DNA of 64,000 bases from an uncultured Gammaproteobacteria bacterium (GTDB lineage: Bacteria > Patescibacteriota > Microgenomatia > Levybacterales > GWA1-39-11): positions 331,060 through 395,059 of the forward strand of contig CAYRKM010000001.1 of assembly GCA_964425075.1 (NCBI GenBank), in the 5' to 3' direction. Below, piece by piece: positions 1-7,747 of this stretch (the stretch's first letter is position 1; each line of letters opens with the position of its first letter). A model generated the notes under the pieces. That model saw nothing but the letters and a program-made list of their open reading frames with translations. It was not told where the DNA came from and did not search any database. The position numbers were made by a program, and so were the translations under genes.

Positions 1-130
1 CAAGCGCTTGCTGAAGCTCTGCTATCTCTTTATTAAGATCATCCAACTCGTCGGAATATACAGGAGGAATAATAATAGTGGATGTAAATAACATTAAAAT
101 TATAGTTAGAAAAAGAAAAAGTTTTTTCAT
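1..130 (-). CDS. Secreted coiled-coil protein, N-terminal part (runs off window start)
   Basis: ATG at 130 (minus) reads MKKLFLFLTIILMLFTSTIIIPPVYSDELDDLNKEIAELQQAL: signal peptide then heptad-like helix; TATAAT 10 nt upstream. Confidence 0.75.
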   Translation of the reverse strand, partial: MKKLFLFLTIILMLFTSTIIIPPVYSDELDDLNKEIAELQQAL

Positions 131-142
131 GAGTTTTATCAT

Positions 143-258
143 TATAGCGAATTTTTGGAAAAAATGAGCTACACGAGAGTTACCATTAATTTTTTTTAAA
201 CTCAAGTATAGCGAATTTGCAAAGCAAATGAGATATACGAGAGCTAAAGGTTAATTTT
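143..258. repeat. Imperfect ~64-bp tandem duplication with hairpin, overlapping the promoter of the 1..130 gene
   Basis: tatagcgaattt...aaatgag...acgagag...ttaatttt starts at both 143 and 207; second copy contains tttgc-aaa-gcaaa hairpin. Confidence 0.75.
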
Positions 259-311
259 ATATATATTCAATTGTTTGATCATAGAACTGAGAATAGAAAG
301 AAAAAAATAAG

Positions 312-340
312 TTCAAAAAAACAGCACTGAGTGTTATAAT
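312..340 (+). promoter_or_regulatory. Sigma70-type promoter for the tRNA locus
   Basis: TTCAAA(312)-17 nt-TATAAT(335) with extended TG (TGTTATAAT 332-340). Confidence 0.65.
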
Positions 341-355
341 AAGTTCCAGACGTTT

Positions 356-390
356 GGGTCTGTAGCTCAGTGGTAGAGCGCCATTCTTTA
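356..390 (+). pseudogene. Orphan 5' half of a tRNA
   Basis: GGGTCTG-TA-GCTCAGTGGTAGAGC-G-CCATT-CTTTA gives acceptor 5' strand, full D arm and half an anticodon arm; no 3' half follows. Confidence 0.7.
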
Positions 391-401
391 GGCAATTAAA
401 G

Positions 402-473
402 GGGCCAATAGCTCAGTGGTAGAGCGCTATCCTTATAAGATAGATGTCGATGGTTCGATCCCATCTTGGCCCA
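402..473 (+). tRNA. tRNA-Ile (anticodon UAU)
   Basis: Acceptor GGGCCAA/TTGGCCC, D arm GCTC/GAGC, anticodon stem CTATC/GATAG with loop CT-TAT-AA (434-436), T loop TTCGATC, discriminator A; CCA not encoded. Confidence 0.92.
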
Positions 474-478
474 CAGTT

Positions 479-2890
479 TTATATATTTCCCCCAAATCCC
501 CCCTCTTTGCCCGGTGGTTTGTCTGGAATTGCCTCAAGATTATCTAATACTTCAAACATTTTTGAACGCTTTGCAATTTCTTGCTCTATAAGGTTTCTGG
601 GTTTTCCATATTTCAGTCGAGAGAGTTCTTTTATGAGCTCTGCAACTCTTGGGTTTTCAAGCTTTCTTTCGGCTTCTATGTCTCGAGTTAAATCAAGAGA
701 AAATGGAGTTGTTGGTTCTCCTCCAATAAGTGTTTTTACATATGCATGATAACGTTCAATATTTATAAGATCCCCTTCGTTGAATTTTGGCTGGAATTCA
801 TGCTGTAGGTAGTTTGCATCAGTTACACCAACTCTAAATGAAGCAATAGTTCCGACATTTCCAAAGATAGCGTTTTTAACATCCTCGTCAATCTGTCCAA
901 TGAATTGATTTGCAACCGTTAGGTTAAGTCTATATTTTCGAGCCTCAGATAATATTTGTGCAAAGTCAGGAGTTGCAAAGTTTTGAAACTCATCAACATA
1001 TAAGAAAAAGTCTTTTCTTTCTTCTTGGGGCATATCCTGTCTGCTCATAGCAGCAACTAGAAGTTTTGGAACTAAAATAAGTCCCAAGAAACTTGAATTT
1101 TCTTCACCAATTCGGCCCTTGTTAAGCGAGATAAGAAGAATTTTTTGTTTGTCCATTACTTCTCTAAAGTTAAATGAGCTTTCAGACTGCCCAATAATAT
1201 TTCTCATCATTTTGTTAGTAACAAATCGTCCAAACTTTGAAACGATGTAATCTAAGACTTCTGATTTGTGAAAGTCTGAGGTTTGGGCAATCTGATCAGT
1301 CCAGTAGCGCCTAACCATTGGATCATCAAGTTTTGGAAGAAGTTCTTGAACATATGACATATCAGTTAATGCACGTACTACTTCAACAAAAGTATTTCCC
1401 TTCTCAACCATTACAGTTAACATCGCGTTTCTAACTGAATGTTCAAATCGAGGCCCAATAATACCTGTTTTTTGAGGATCGTATAATTTGTACATAAGGT
1501 TAATAATTGATGAAGTTACGAAATGCTTCTGGTCCTCAGTGTCAGCTTCTAACATATTAAGACCCATGGGTCGTTCGGTGTCAGAGGGGTCAAAAAGAAT
1601 AACATCCTCAGCCCTATTTGGTGGGATAAGTTTTAGAACATCATCAATTAAGTCACCATGAGGATCAATTACAGCTACTCCCTCGCCATTTCGAATATCT
1701 TGCATTATCATGTCTTTTAAAAATTCAGATTTTCCTACACCTGTTTTTCCAATAATGTACATATGTCGTCGTCTGTCATCAAGTCCTATGTGTACGGGTT
1801 TTTTCTGTCCTCTAAAAAAGCTCTTACCTATATATAGGCCAGTATCTGGGATGTTTGCAGGAGCTGGTGCAGTTCGGGATGCAAGCCAATGTATGTAGGG
1901 GCTTTCAACGCTTTTGTTAGGAAAATGAAAAAGAGTTGCTATCTCATCAGTCGTAAGCACAATACCTTTGGTAAGAAGTGGGATATAGCGATAAATAAAA
2001 TCAACCATCAAAAGAGATTTAAAGAAACGTGGTTTGTCTGTTGTGAAAGCATTGTATGGTGAAGAATACTGCGTAAACGCGCTTTCTATATTTGAAAGAT
2101 GTGCTTCAGCCGCCTCTTTGGAAGTGGAAGTAACTACGACTCTAATAAATGTTTTAAAACCAGGTTTTGATATTTTTTGATCAATTGCTTCAAGTTCTCT
2201 TGGGTCTGTTGAGTATTTTGCAGTTTCCGGATTGGATTCTTGTTTCTTTTGAGCAGAAATGAAGTCTTTACCGGATTTTTTCCAAGAGTCTCCACCTGCG
2301 GTTATAAGGAATTGAATTGCAGCAGCCTCTCCTGTTTGCATTTTCCCAAGAGTTGATGTGAGGGAGGAAAGCGGGTCGATTGCAAAATCTTTATATACTT
2401 TAATTGGTTTAAATGTATCGTTTTTAAGAGTAAGTCCTGCAAAGGCAACTTTTCCCTCAGTTTCAAAGATATTGTAATCTTCAATTTCTGCAACATTTGC
2501 ATCAGGATAAGAACCATTAATTTGTTTTTCAACCATGTCTTGGAGCTTGCGAGGAACACCAACGTAAAATCTAATATCTTGGGGTTTTGCAACAATTTCA
2601 AATGTAAGGCTGTCCCCTACTTTGGTTGAGCCCAAAATTCCTGATGGTCCTTTTAATGACGCAAAGCTTGCAAAGAGTTGCTCTGCTGCATCAATTTTAA
2701 TTTCATTGTCACGTGGAAGAGATACTTCAAGAAGAACCGAGTCAAGGGACTTTTGGTGTCTATCTTTTGCGCGAAGCCAAATGGCAAGCAAATATAATCC
2801 GGCAACAATACTCACAATAAGAGCGCTTGAAATAAGAAGCCCAAGCGCAAAAAGAAAAGTCAAATTTATAAGTGTATTTGGTTCTATCAT
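479..2890 (-). CDS. VirD4/TraD-like (HerA/FtsK superfamily) type IV coupling-type ATPase with N-terminal membrane anchor
   Basis: Walker A GKTGVGKS, IDPHGD, Walker B LYVDEFQNF, LSEARKYRL, ANQFIGQ; N-terminal TM; likely start MIEPN at 2890 (ORF track extends to 2926). Confidence 0.85.
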   Translation of the reverse strand: MIEPNTLINLTFLFALGLLISSALIVSIVAGLYLLAIWLRAKDRHQKSLDSVLLEVSLPRDNEIKIDAAEQLFASFASLKGPSGILGSTKVGDSLTFEIVAKPQDIRFYVGVPRKLQDMVEKQINGSYPDANVAEIEDYNIFETEGKVAFAGLTLKNDTFKPIKVYKDFAIDPLSSLTSTLGKMQTGEAAAIQFLITAGGDSWKKSGKDFISAQKKQESNPETAKYSTDPRELEAIDQKISKPGFKTFIRVVVTSTSKEAAEAHLSNIESAFTQYSSPYNAFTTDKPRFFKSLLMVDFIYRYIPLLTKGIVLTTDEIATLFHFPNKSVESPYIHWLASRTAPAPANIPDTGLYIGKSFFRGQKKPVHIGLDDRRRHMYIIGKTGVGKSEFLKDMIMQDIRNGEGVAVIDPHGDLIDDVLKLIPPNRAEDVILFDPSDTERPMGLNMLEADTEDQKHFVTSSIINLMYKLYDPQKTGIIGPRFEHSVRNAMLTVMVEKGNTFVEVVRALTDMSYVQELLPKLDDPMVRRYWTDQIAQTSDFHKSEVLDYIVSKFGRFVTNKMMRNIIGQSESSFNFREVMDKQKILLISLNKGRIGEENSSFLGLILVPKLLVAAMSRQDMPQEERKDFFLYVDEFQNFATPDFAQILSEARKYRLNLTVANQFIGQIDEDVKNAIFGNVGTIASFRVGVTDANYLQHEFQPKFNEGDLINIERYHAYVKTLIGGEPTTPFSLDLTRDIEAERKLENPRVAELIKELSRLKYGKPRNLIEQEIAKRSKMFEVLDNLEAIPDKPPGKEGGFGGNI

Positions 2891-2900
2891 AGTTAAGTTT

Positions 2901-3122
2901 TTATAGTTCAAATTGTGCGAAGTCAATTTTTTCGCTTGGCCCTAGATGGAATACATCTTCTCCTACCACTCCACCGCCCACTTCTTCAAGAAGCGCGCTT
3001 AACGGTATCACAGCATTTCTTTCATGGTGATAAATGAGCCCGTGCTCTTCCAATCCTTGCAAAGATATATGTGTGGCATTTCCAACCACACCAAAAATGT
3101 GCTCTCCTAAAGCCTCTTCCAT
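2901..3122 (-). CDS. Small hypothetical protein (73 aa)
   Basis: ATG preceded by TGaTATTAT-6 nt-ATG, the same leaderless-type promoter seen on clear genes in this window; no recognisable motif. Confidence 0.5.
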   Translation of the reverse strand: MEEALGEHIFGVVGNATHISLQGLEEHGLIYHHERNAVIPLSALLEEVGGGVVGEDVFHLGPSEKIDFAQFEL

Positions 3123-3209
3123 ATATCTATAATATCACAATGGAGCATCCTCAACAATTTCGTTGACCTCACAGTTTCCTCTCAAAAGCATGTTTTTTGA
3201 GGCAAGGTT

Positions 3210-3218
3210 TGGTATAAT
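3210..3218 (+). promoter_or_regulatory. Extended -10 promoter of the tRNA-Ser operon
   Basis: TGGTATAAT. Confidence 0.55.
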
Positions 3219-3226
3219 GTGGTACC

Positions 3227-3382
3227 TGGAGGAGTCGCATCACGACTTTGCTTTGCAAAGGTAACAACCTTGCTTTAGCAAGAACGTTCAGCGCCTCATT
3301 TGTTGGGTTGAGAATTGGAGGAGTCGCATAAGAGAAATCTTGTCCGACTCTTTAGAAAAATAAGAATTGGAGGAGTCGCATA
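3227..3382 (+). repeat. Three copies of the tRNA-Ser(GCU) 5' end
   Basis: tggaggagtcgcat at 3227; agaattggaggagtcgcata at 3311 and 3363 (last copy is the real tRNA start); hairpin-rich spacers. Confidence 0.85.
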
Positions 3383-3455
3383 GTTGGCCCATTGCGGAGG
3401 TTTGCTAAATCTCTGAGTAGAAATACTCGCGCAGGTTCGAATCCTGTCTCCTCCG
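3369..3455 (+). tRNA. tRNA-Ser (anticodon GCU)
   Basis: Acceptor GGAGGAG/CTCCTCC, anticodon loop TT-GCT-AA, long variable arm GAGTA-GAAA-TACTC, T loop TTCGAAT, discriminator G. Confidence 0.93.
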
Positions 3456-3503
3456 CTTCGTCGCCTCGCTTCTCAGCGCAGGCGCATAGTTTAAGCCATT
3501 TAA

Positions 3504-3586
3504 GGAGAGGTCGCATAGTGGTCGAGTGCAGCGGTCTTGAAAACCGCCAACCGAAAGGTTCGAGGGTTCGAATCCCTCCCTCTCCG
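3504..3586 (+). tRNA. tRNA-Ser (anticodon UGA)
   Basis: Acceptor GGAGAGG/CCTCTCC, stem GCGGT/ACCGC with loop CT-TGA-AA, variable arm AACC-GAAA-GGTT, discriminator G. Confidence 0.93.
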
Positions 3587-3593
3587 CCGTATT

Positions 3594-4115
3594 ATGATAG
3601 TTGCAGTTGGTTCCAAAAATCCCACAAAAATTGCCCCTGTTAAAAAAATATTTTCCAAACACTTTAAAAATGTAAAAGTTGTTGGAGTAAATGTTTCCTC
3701 TGACGTTGCCGATCAGCCCATGAGCGAAGAGGAAATATATGAAGGAGCATTTACCCGTGCTGTCAAAGCGCTTAAGCAAACAAAAGGCGCCACATATGGG
3801 GTTGGTATAGAGGCAGGAGTGCATAAGTATAGTTTTGGATGGATTGAGCGCTCGACTGTTGTTATCATGGACAAGAAAGGAAATATTGGAATAGGATCTA
3901 CGGGTGGTTTTGTTTTACCAGATAAAATAATGACACAAATTAAAAAAGGAAAAAACTTGCAAGAGATTATTGATGATTTATTTGGAACAAAAGAAATAGG
4001 GAAAGGAATAGGGATGTGGGGGATTTTTACAAAGGGAGTTGTGACACGGGCAAAAGGAACAGAGCATGGGGTAGCATTTGCATTAAGTCGCTTTTTACAT
4101 AAAGATTTATTCTGA
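3594..4115 (+). CDS. yjjX: Inosine/xanthosine triphosphatase (YjjX/DUF84 family)
   Basis: MIVAVGSKNPTKI, SDVADQPMS, GVGIEAG, GIGMWGIFTKG motifs; start moved to ATG 3594, after the tRNA. Confidence 0.88.
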   Translation: MIVAVGSKNPTKIAPVKKIFSKHFKNVKVVGVNVSSDVADQPMSEEEIYEGAFTRAVKALKQTKGATYGVGIEAGVHKYSFGWIERSTVVIMDKKGNIGIGSTGGFVLPDKIMTQIKKGKNLQEIIDDLFGTKEIGKGIGMWGIFTKGVVTRAKGTEHGVAFALSRFLHKDLF

Positions 4116-4160
4116 TCTTGCTTTTAAAACCATTAAAACTTATTATTATTGTAACTGCTC

Positions 4161-4643
4161 ATGAATATCAAACGCAAAGAACTACCGCTTCTAATTTTCT
4201 CATTAGTTTTGCCACAAGCTGCAGGGCTCTTGGGTTCTCTGTTTACATTTTCAGCAATTACTACGTGGTATCAGACACTTATAAAGCCGCCAATTGCTCC
4301 TCCAAATTGGGTTTTTGGTCCTGTGTGGACAACGCTATTTTTACTTATGGGAATTTCTTATTTTTTAATCGCAAGGAAGAAAAAAACTAAAGAAACAAAT
4401 GAAGCCTTATTGTATTTTTATAAACAACTTGCATTAAATGTTTTGTGGTCAGTTGCTTTTTTTGGATTACATTCGCCACTTGGTGGAATTGTTGTGATAA
4501 TTCCATTGTGGTACTTAATTCTAGTAACTATTAAAAAGTTTTCGAAAATCTCGCCAATTGCAGGACAACTTATGTGGCCATACCTTGCATGGGTAACATT
4601 TGCAACTATTCTTAATATTTGTTTTTTCCTACTAAATAGATAG
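4161..4643 (+). CDS. tspO: TspO/MBR tryptophan-rich sensory protein
   Basis: WYQTLIKP, PPNWVFGPVWT, QLALNVLWS, PYLAWVTFATILN. Confidence 0.92.
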   Translation: MNIKRKELPLLIFSLVLPQAAGLLGSLFTFSAITTWYQTLIKPPIAPPNWVFGPVWTTLFLLMGISYFLIARKKKTKETNEALLYFYKQLALNVLWSVAFFGLHSPLGGIVVIIPLWYLILVTIKKFSKISPIAGQLMWPYLAWVTFATILNICFFLLNR

Positions 4644-4687
4644 CGACTTGATTTTTTCTCCAAATTTTACTATCGTGTACTTCCCCG

Positions 4688-6124
4688 ATGGATAAAAATT
4701 TAGCAATCATTGACGTAGAGACAACTGGTACTGCCGCGCCATTTGATAGGATAATTGAAATTGGAATAATACGAATAGAAAACGGAAAAGTGGTAAGAAC
4801 TTTTGAAACACTTTTAAATCCTGAAACAACCATTTCCCCATTCATAGAAAATTTAACCGGAATTAAAAACCGCGAATTATTAAATGCTCCTACTTTTGGT
4901 GAAATAAAAAATGATGTTATTGAAATGATTAATGATTGTATTTTTGTCGCGCATAACGCACGATTTGATTATTCGTTTGTAAGAGGGGAGTTTAAAAAAA
5001 TTGGGATACCCTACTCCGCAAAACAATTGTGCACTGTAAAACTTTCGCGTTTGTTATTTCCTGAATTTCCTCACCATAATTTAGATAGTATTATGGTGCG
5101 ATTTGAAATAACGTGTGAAAGACGACACAGGGCGCTGGATGATGCACGTGTTGTTTGGAATTTTTTAGAAAAACTTCCCAAAGTTGCGCCTCTTGATAAA
5201 TTGCAAAAAGCTTATGACCTAATTCTTAAAAAACCATCTCTTCCACCAAATCTCAACAAGGACCAAATAGATAATCTTCCCGAAACATGTGGAGTCTATC
5301 TTTTTTATAGTGGCAAAGCATCTGGTAATAATAATCTGCCCTTATATATAGGTAAGAGCATTAATATTAAAGACAGAGTGTTATCTCATTTTTTGCAGGA
5401 TACAGAATCAGTAAGAGAACTTGAAATAAGTCAGCAGGTTGAAAGAATTGAAAGTATAGTAACGGCTGGGGAATTTAGCGCTTTGCTTTTAGAATCAGAA
5501 TTAATTAAAAAATTACAGCCCCTATATAATAGGAAGCTGCGTTATGCGCGTCACCTGACATATATTAAAAAACATAAAACTCGTGATGGATATTTTTCAG
5601 TAAGCATTAATACAGGAGAGATAAATACATCAGAAATGGAGGATATTTTGGGAATATTTAAATCCCAAAAATCAGCAAAAGAATTTTTATCAAAACTTAC
5701 GAGAGAACACATGTTGTGCGAGAAACTATTGGGACTGCAAAAAATTTCAGGACCATGTTTTTCGTATCACTTAGAAATATGTAAAGGTGCATGCATGCAA
5801 AAAGAAAATCCTCAAATATTTAATGCAAGATTTATAATAGCGTTTTCCAAAACCAGGCTTAGAACATGGCCATTTGATGGGCCAATATTGATTCGTGAGA
5901 ATAATGAAGAAATGGAGGAAGCAATGGTATTTGATAAATGGTGCTATCTTGGAAAATATAGTGAGTTTTCCTACACAGATGCTGACACCACCCTGCTATC
6001 TGATTATGATAGTTATAAATTACTAAATTCTTTTTTAAAAAATTCAAAGAATCTAAAAAAAATTGTGACACTTAAAAATTTGGAAGATAACAACCTCGCA
6101 AATCTAAAATCAGAAATTAATTGA
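4688..6124 (+). CDS. DEDDh 3'-5' exonuclease (DnaQ-like) fused to GIY-YIG (UvrC/Cho-like) nuclease
   Basis: IIDVETTG, VAHNARFD, HRALDDA; then GVYLF...LYIGKS, R..SHF, ALLLESELIKKLQPLYN; Cys cluster C...C.GAC. Confidence 0.88.
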   Translation: MDKNLAIIDVETTGTAAPFDRIIEIGIIRIENGKVVRTFETLLNPETTISPFIENLTGIKNRELLNAPTFGEIKNDVIEMINDCIFVAHNARFDYSFVRGEFKKIGIPYSAKQLCTVKLSRLLFPEFPHHNLDSIMVRFEITCERRHRALDDARVVWNFLEKLPKVAPLDKLQKAYDLILKKPSLPPNLNKDQIDNLPETCGVYLFYSGKASGNNNLPLYIGKSINIKDRVLSHFLQDTESVRELEISQQVERIESIVTAGEFSALLLESELIKKLQPLYNRKLRYARHLTYIKKHKTRDGYFSVSINTGEINTSEMEDILGIFKSQKSAKEFLSKLTREHMLCEKLLGLQKISGPCFSYHLEICKGACMQKENPQIFNARFIIAFSKTRLRTWPFDGPILIRENNEEMEEAMVFDKWCYLGKYSEFSYTDADTTLLSDYDSYKLLNSFLKNSKNLKKIVTLKNLEDNNLANLKSEIN

Positions 6125-6148
6125 CAATAGTTTTTCCAGATTTATAAT
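6121..6148 (+). promoter_or_regulatory. Consensus sigma70 promoter of the 6155 ORF
   Basis: TTGACA-16 nt-TATAAT, ATG 6 nt downstream. Confidence 0.7.
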
Positions 6149-6154
6149 TGGAGG

Positions 6155-6454
6155 ATGAGTGAAAGATATGGAGAAGGTGGCCTTTTTGACATATGTAAAA
6201 TGTGTAGGTTTGATAAAAATGGTTGCCCCATCGCCACTGAATTATTAGATTTTGCTCCAATGGAGCCAGATGATGATTTAAGTCTTAGGATTGTAAAAAC
6301 AGTTGACGGAGAGGAAGTTAATACAAGGGTTAAATTTATAGACACAACTCCAAATGGGAATGGTTTACCTTTTGTTTGTATTCTTTACGAAGCTAAGCCA
6401 CCTGATATTTCAGAAGCAATGTCCCATTCTGATTCATCTTCTCAATTGAAATAA
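6155..6454 (+). CDS. Hypothetical Cys-containing protein (99 aa)
   Basis: Own consensus promoter; CKMC...CP...C motif; 3' end overlaps the convergent gene. Confidence 0.6.
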   Translation: MSERYGEGGLFDICKMCRFDKNGCPIATELLDFAPMEPDDDLSLRIVKTVDGEEVNTRVKFIDTTPNGNGLPFVCILYEAKPPDISEAMSHSDSSSQLK

Positions 6455-6923
6455 GTTTTAGAGAAAAATCAACTACCTCTTCTCCCACTATTCCATTTCC
6501 CATCCCAAGAATTCTTGGTTCTAATGTTTGCCATACTTCAGTAACCAGGCCTTCTTTAAAAAATGCGGTATTGGTTTGTGCTCCTCCAACTAGATACCCT
6601 TCTCTATATCCTTTTTTTTCAAGACGTTTGATAAGTTCTGCGGGGGTTTCATTCGTGAATTCTAACTTTCCAGGAATTTTTTCTGTTTCATATTTTGATG
6701 GATCGCGGGTTATAACAACTCGCAATAAATCATTTCGATGTTGCATTCCCCCTCTTGCTGCTTCATAGGTTGTAGAGCCCATGATGATAAGATGAGCAGT
6801 AGAAACAATATTTGCAAAATATTTTTGATCCTCCGGGGATGTCCAGGAGTGAATATTGGTGCCTTTCCCTTTTTGAGTTGAGCGCCCATCAAGAGAAGTT
6901 ACCATAACAAGTATCAATTTCAT
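6393..6923 (-). CDS. RibD C-terminal / dihydrofolate reductase-like protein
   Basis: MVTSLDGR, IIMGSTTY, LVGGAQTN.AF, EPRILGMG. Confidence 0.85.
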   Translation of the reverse strand: MKLILVMVTSLDGRSTQKGKGTNIHSWTSPEDQKYFANIVSTAHLIIMGSTTYEAARGGMQHRNDLLRVVITRDPSKYETEKIPGKLEFTNETPAELIKRLEKKGYREGYLVGGAQTNTAFFKEGLVTEVWQTLEPRILGMGNGIVGEEVVDFSLKLISIEKMNQNGTLLLKYQVA

Positions 6924-6952
6924 ATGTACATTCTAACACCGAGTCAAAAAAA

Positions 6953-7714
6953 TTACTTTTTCTTTGCCACGATAACAATATTATTTGGTTCCCAACGCTT
7001 AATGAATTTGGCAAGCAATTTTTTAAAAATATATAAACTGCGAAATGCATAGTGGGTTTTCATGTTTATAATTTCAAAATTCTCAATTTCGAGTTCTTTC
7101 TTCAAAATCGGAATCGTATATTCTCTAACATGAGCACTTGGGTTCTCGTTCATTGAAGAGAGACCTTCATTTAGTGGGGTAGAAATAATTAACAAACCTT
7201 TGGGTTTTAATAAACTATAAATTTTCCTGTATAAATAAAATATCTCCTTTGGAGATATGTGTTCTATTACTTCGATTGCAACAATTACATCAAAATAATT
7301 TTTTTGATAGTGTTTTTCAATTTTTAATATATTGTCAGTAATAAACCTTCCTTTAAACATTTTTTGCATTCTCTTTATCGAAACGGGAGAAATGTCAATT
7401 CCATATAGTTTAATTTTTCTTCTACTTTTTTTCAAAAACTGCTCTAAATAACCCTGTCCTATACCAAGATCCAGGAGTCGAATATTATTTGGAATAAATG
7501 AAGCAATTTTTTTTATTTTTTCTCGTGTCATTTCATCTTGTTCTTCTAAGCTTTCAAGGCTTTTGAATTTATTGTTCCAATATTTTCCAGTATTAAAATT
7601 TTGAGAAGGTATGTTGTAGGTATGTATAAAATCCTCAGTATTATTTTGCAAAGCAAGCATTGTTCTCTTGTGTTCAATTTTAGAAATCTTTTTATTTAAA
7701 CTAGATATTGACAT
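6953..7714 (-). CDS. Class I SAM-dependent methyltransferase
   Basis: LLDLGIGQG, GIDIS, FDVIVAIEVIEH, LKPKGLLIISTP. Confidence 0.88.
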   Translation of the reverse strand: MSISSLNKKISKIEHKRTMLALQNNTEDFIHTYNIPSQNFNTGKYWNNKFKSLESLEEQDEMTREKIKKIASFIPNNIRLLDLGIGQGYLEQFLKKSRRKIKLYGIDISPVSIKRMQKMFKGRFITDNILKIEKHYQKNYFDVIVAIEVIEHISPKEIFYLYRKIYSLLKPKGLLIISTPLNEGLSSMNENPSAHVREYTIPILKKELEIENFEIINMKTHYAFRSLYIFKKLLAKFIKRWEPNNIVIVAKKK

Positions 7715-7747
7715 TTTTATTAATAAATGATTATGTTAAATCATTCT

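Noticed and set aside
356-401. Ochre suppressor tRNA (apparent TTA anticodon)
   Set aside because: Anticodon stem has no 3' partner, and there is no T arm or acceptor 3' strand
444-2906. Short ORFs within the VirD4-like gene (444, 1710, 2302, 2622) and similar 60-180 aa ORFs inside long genes throughout
   Set aside because: Antisense or alternate-frame shadows with no motifs or promoters
479-3200. tRNA-integrated conjugative element
   Set aside because: No integrase, relaxase or 3' tRNA att duplication, and composition looks like the rest of the window
3227-3382. Mini-CRISPR (repeat-spacer-repeat)
   Set aside because: Repeat is the tRNA-Ser 5' end, only 14-20 bp, with unequal spacers
3504-3586. 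Selenocysteine or opal-recoding tRNA
   Set aside because: Anticodon UGA reads UCA (Ser); a Sec or opal tRNA needs anticodon UCA. TGA ends several genes here, so no code 25 recoding
3392-3824. ORFs 3392-3643(+), 3405-3824(-) and the 3537 start of yjjX
   Set aside because: They overlap tRNA genes or are antisense shadows
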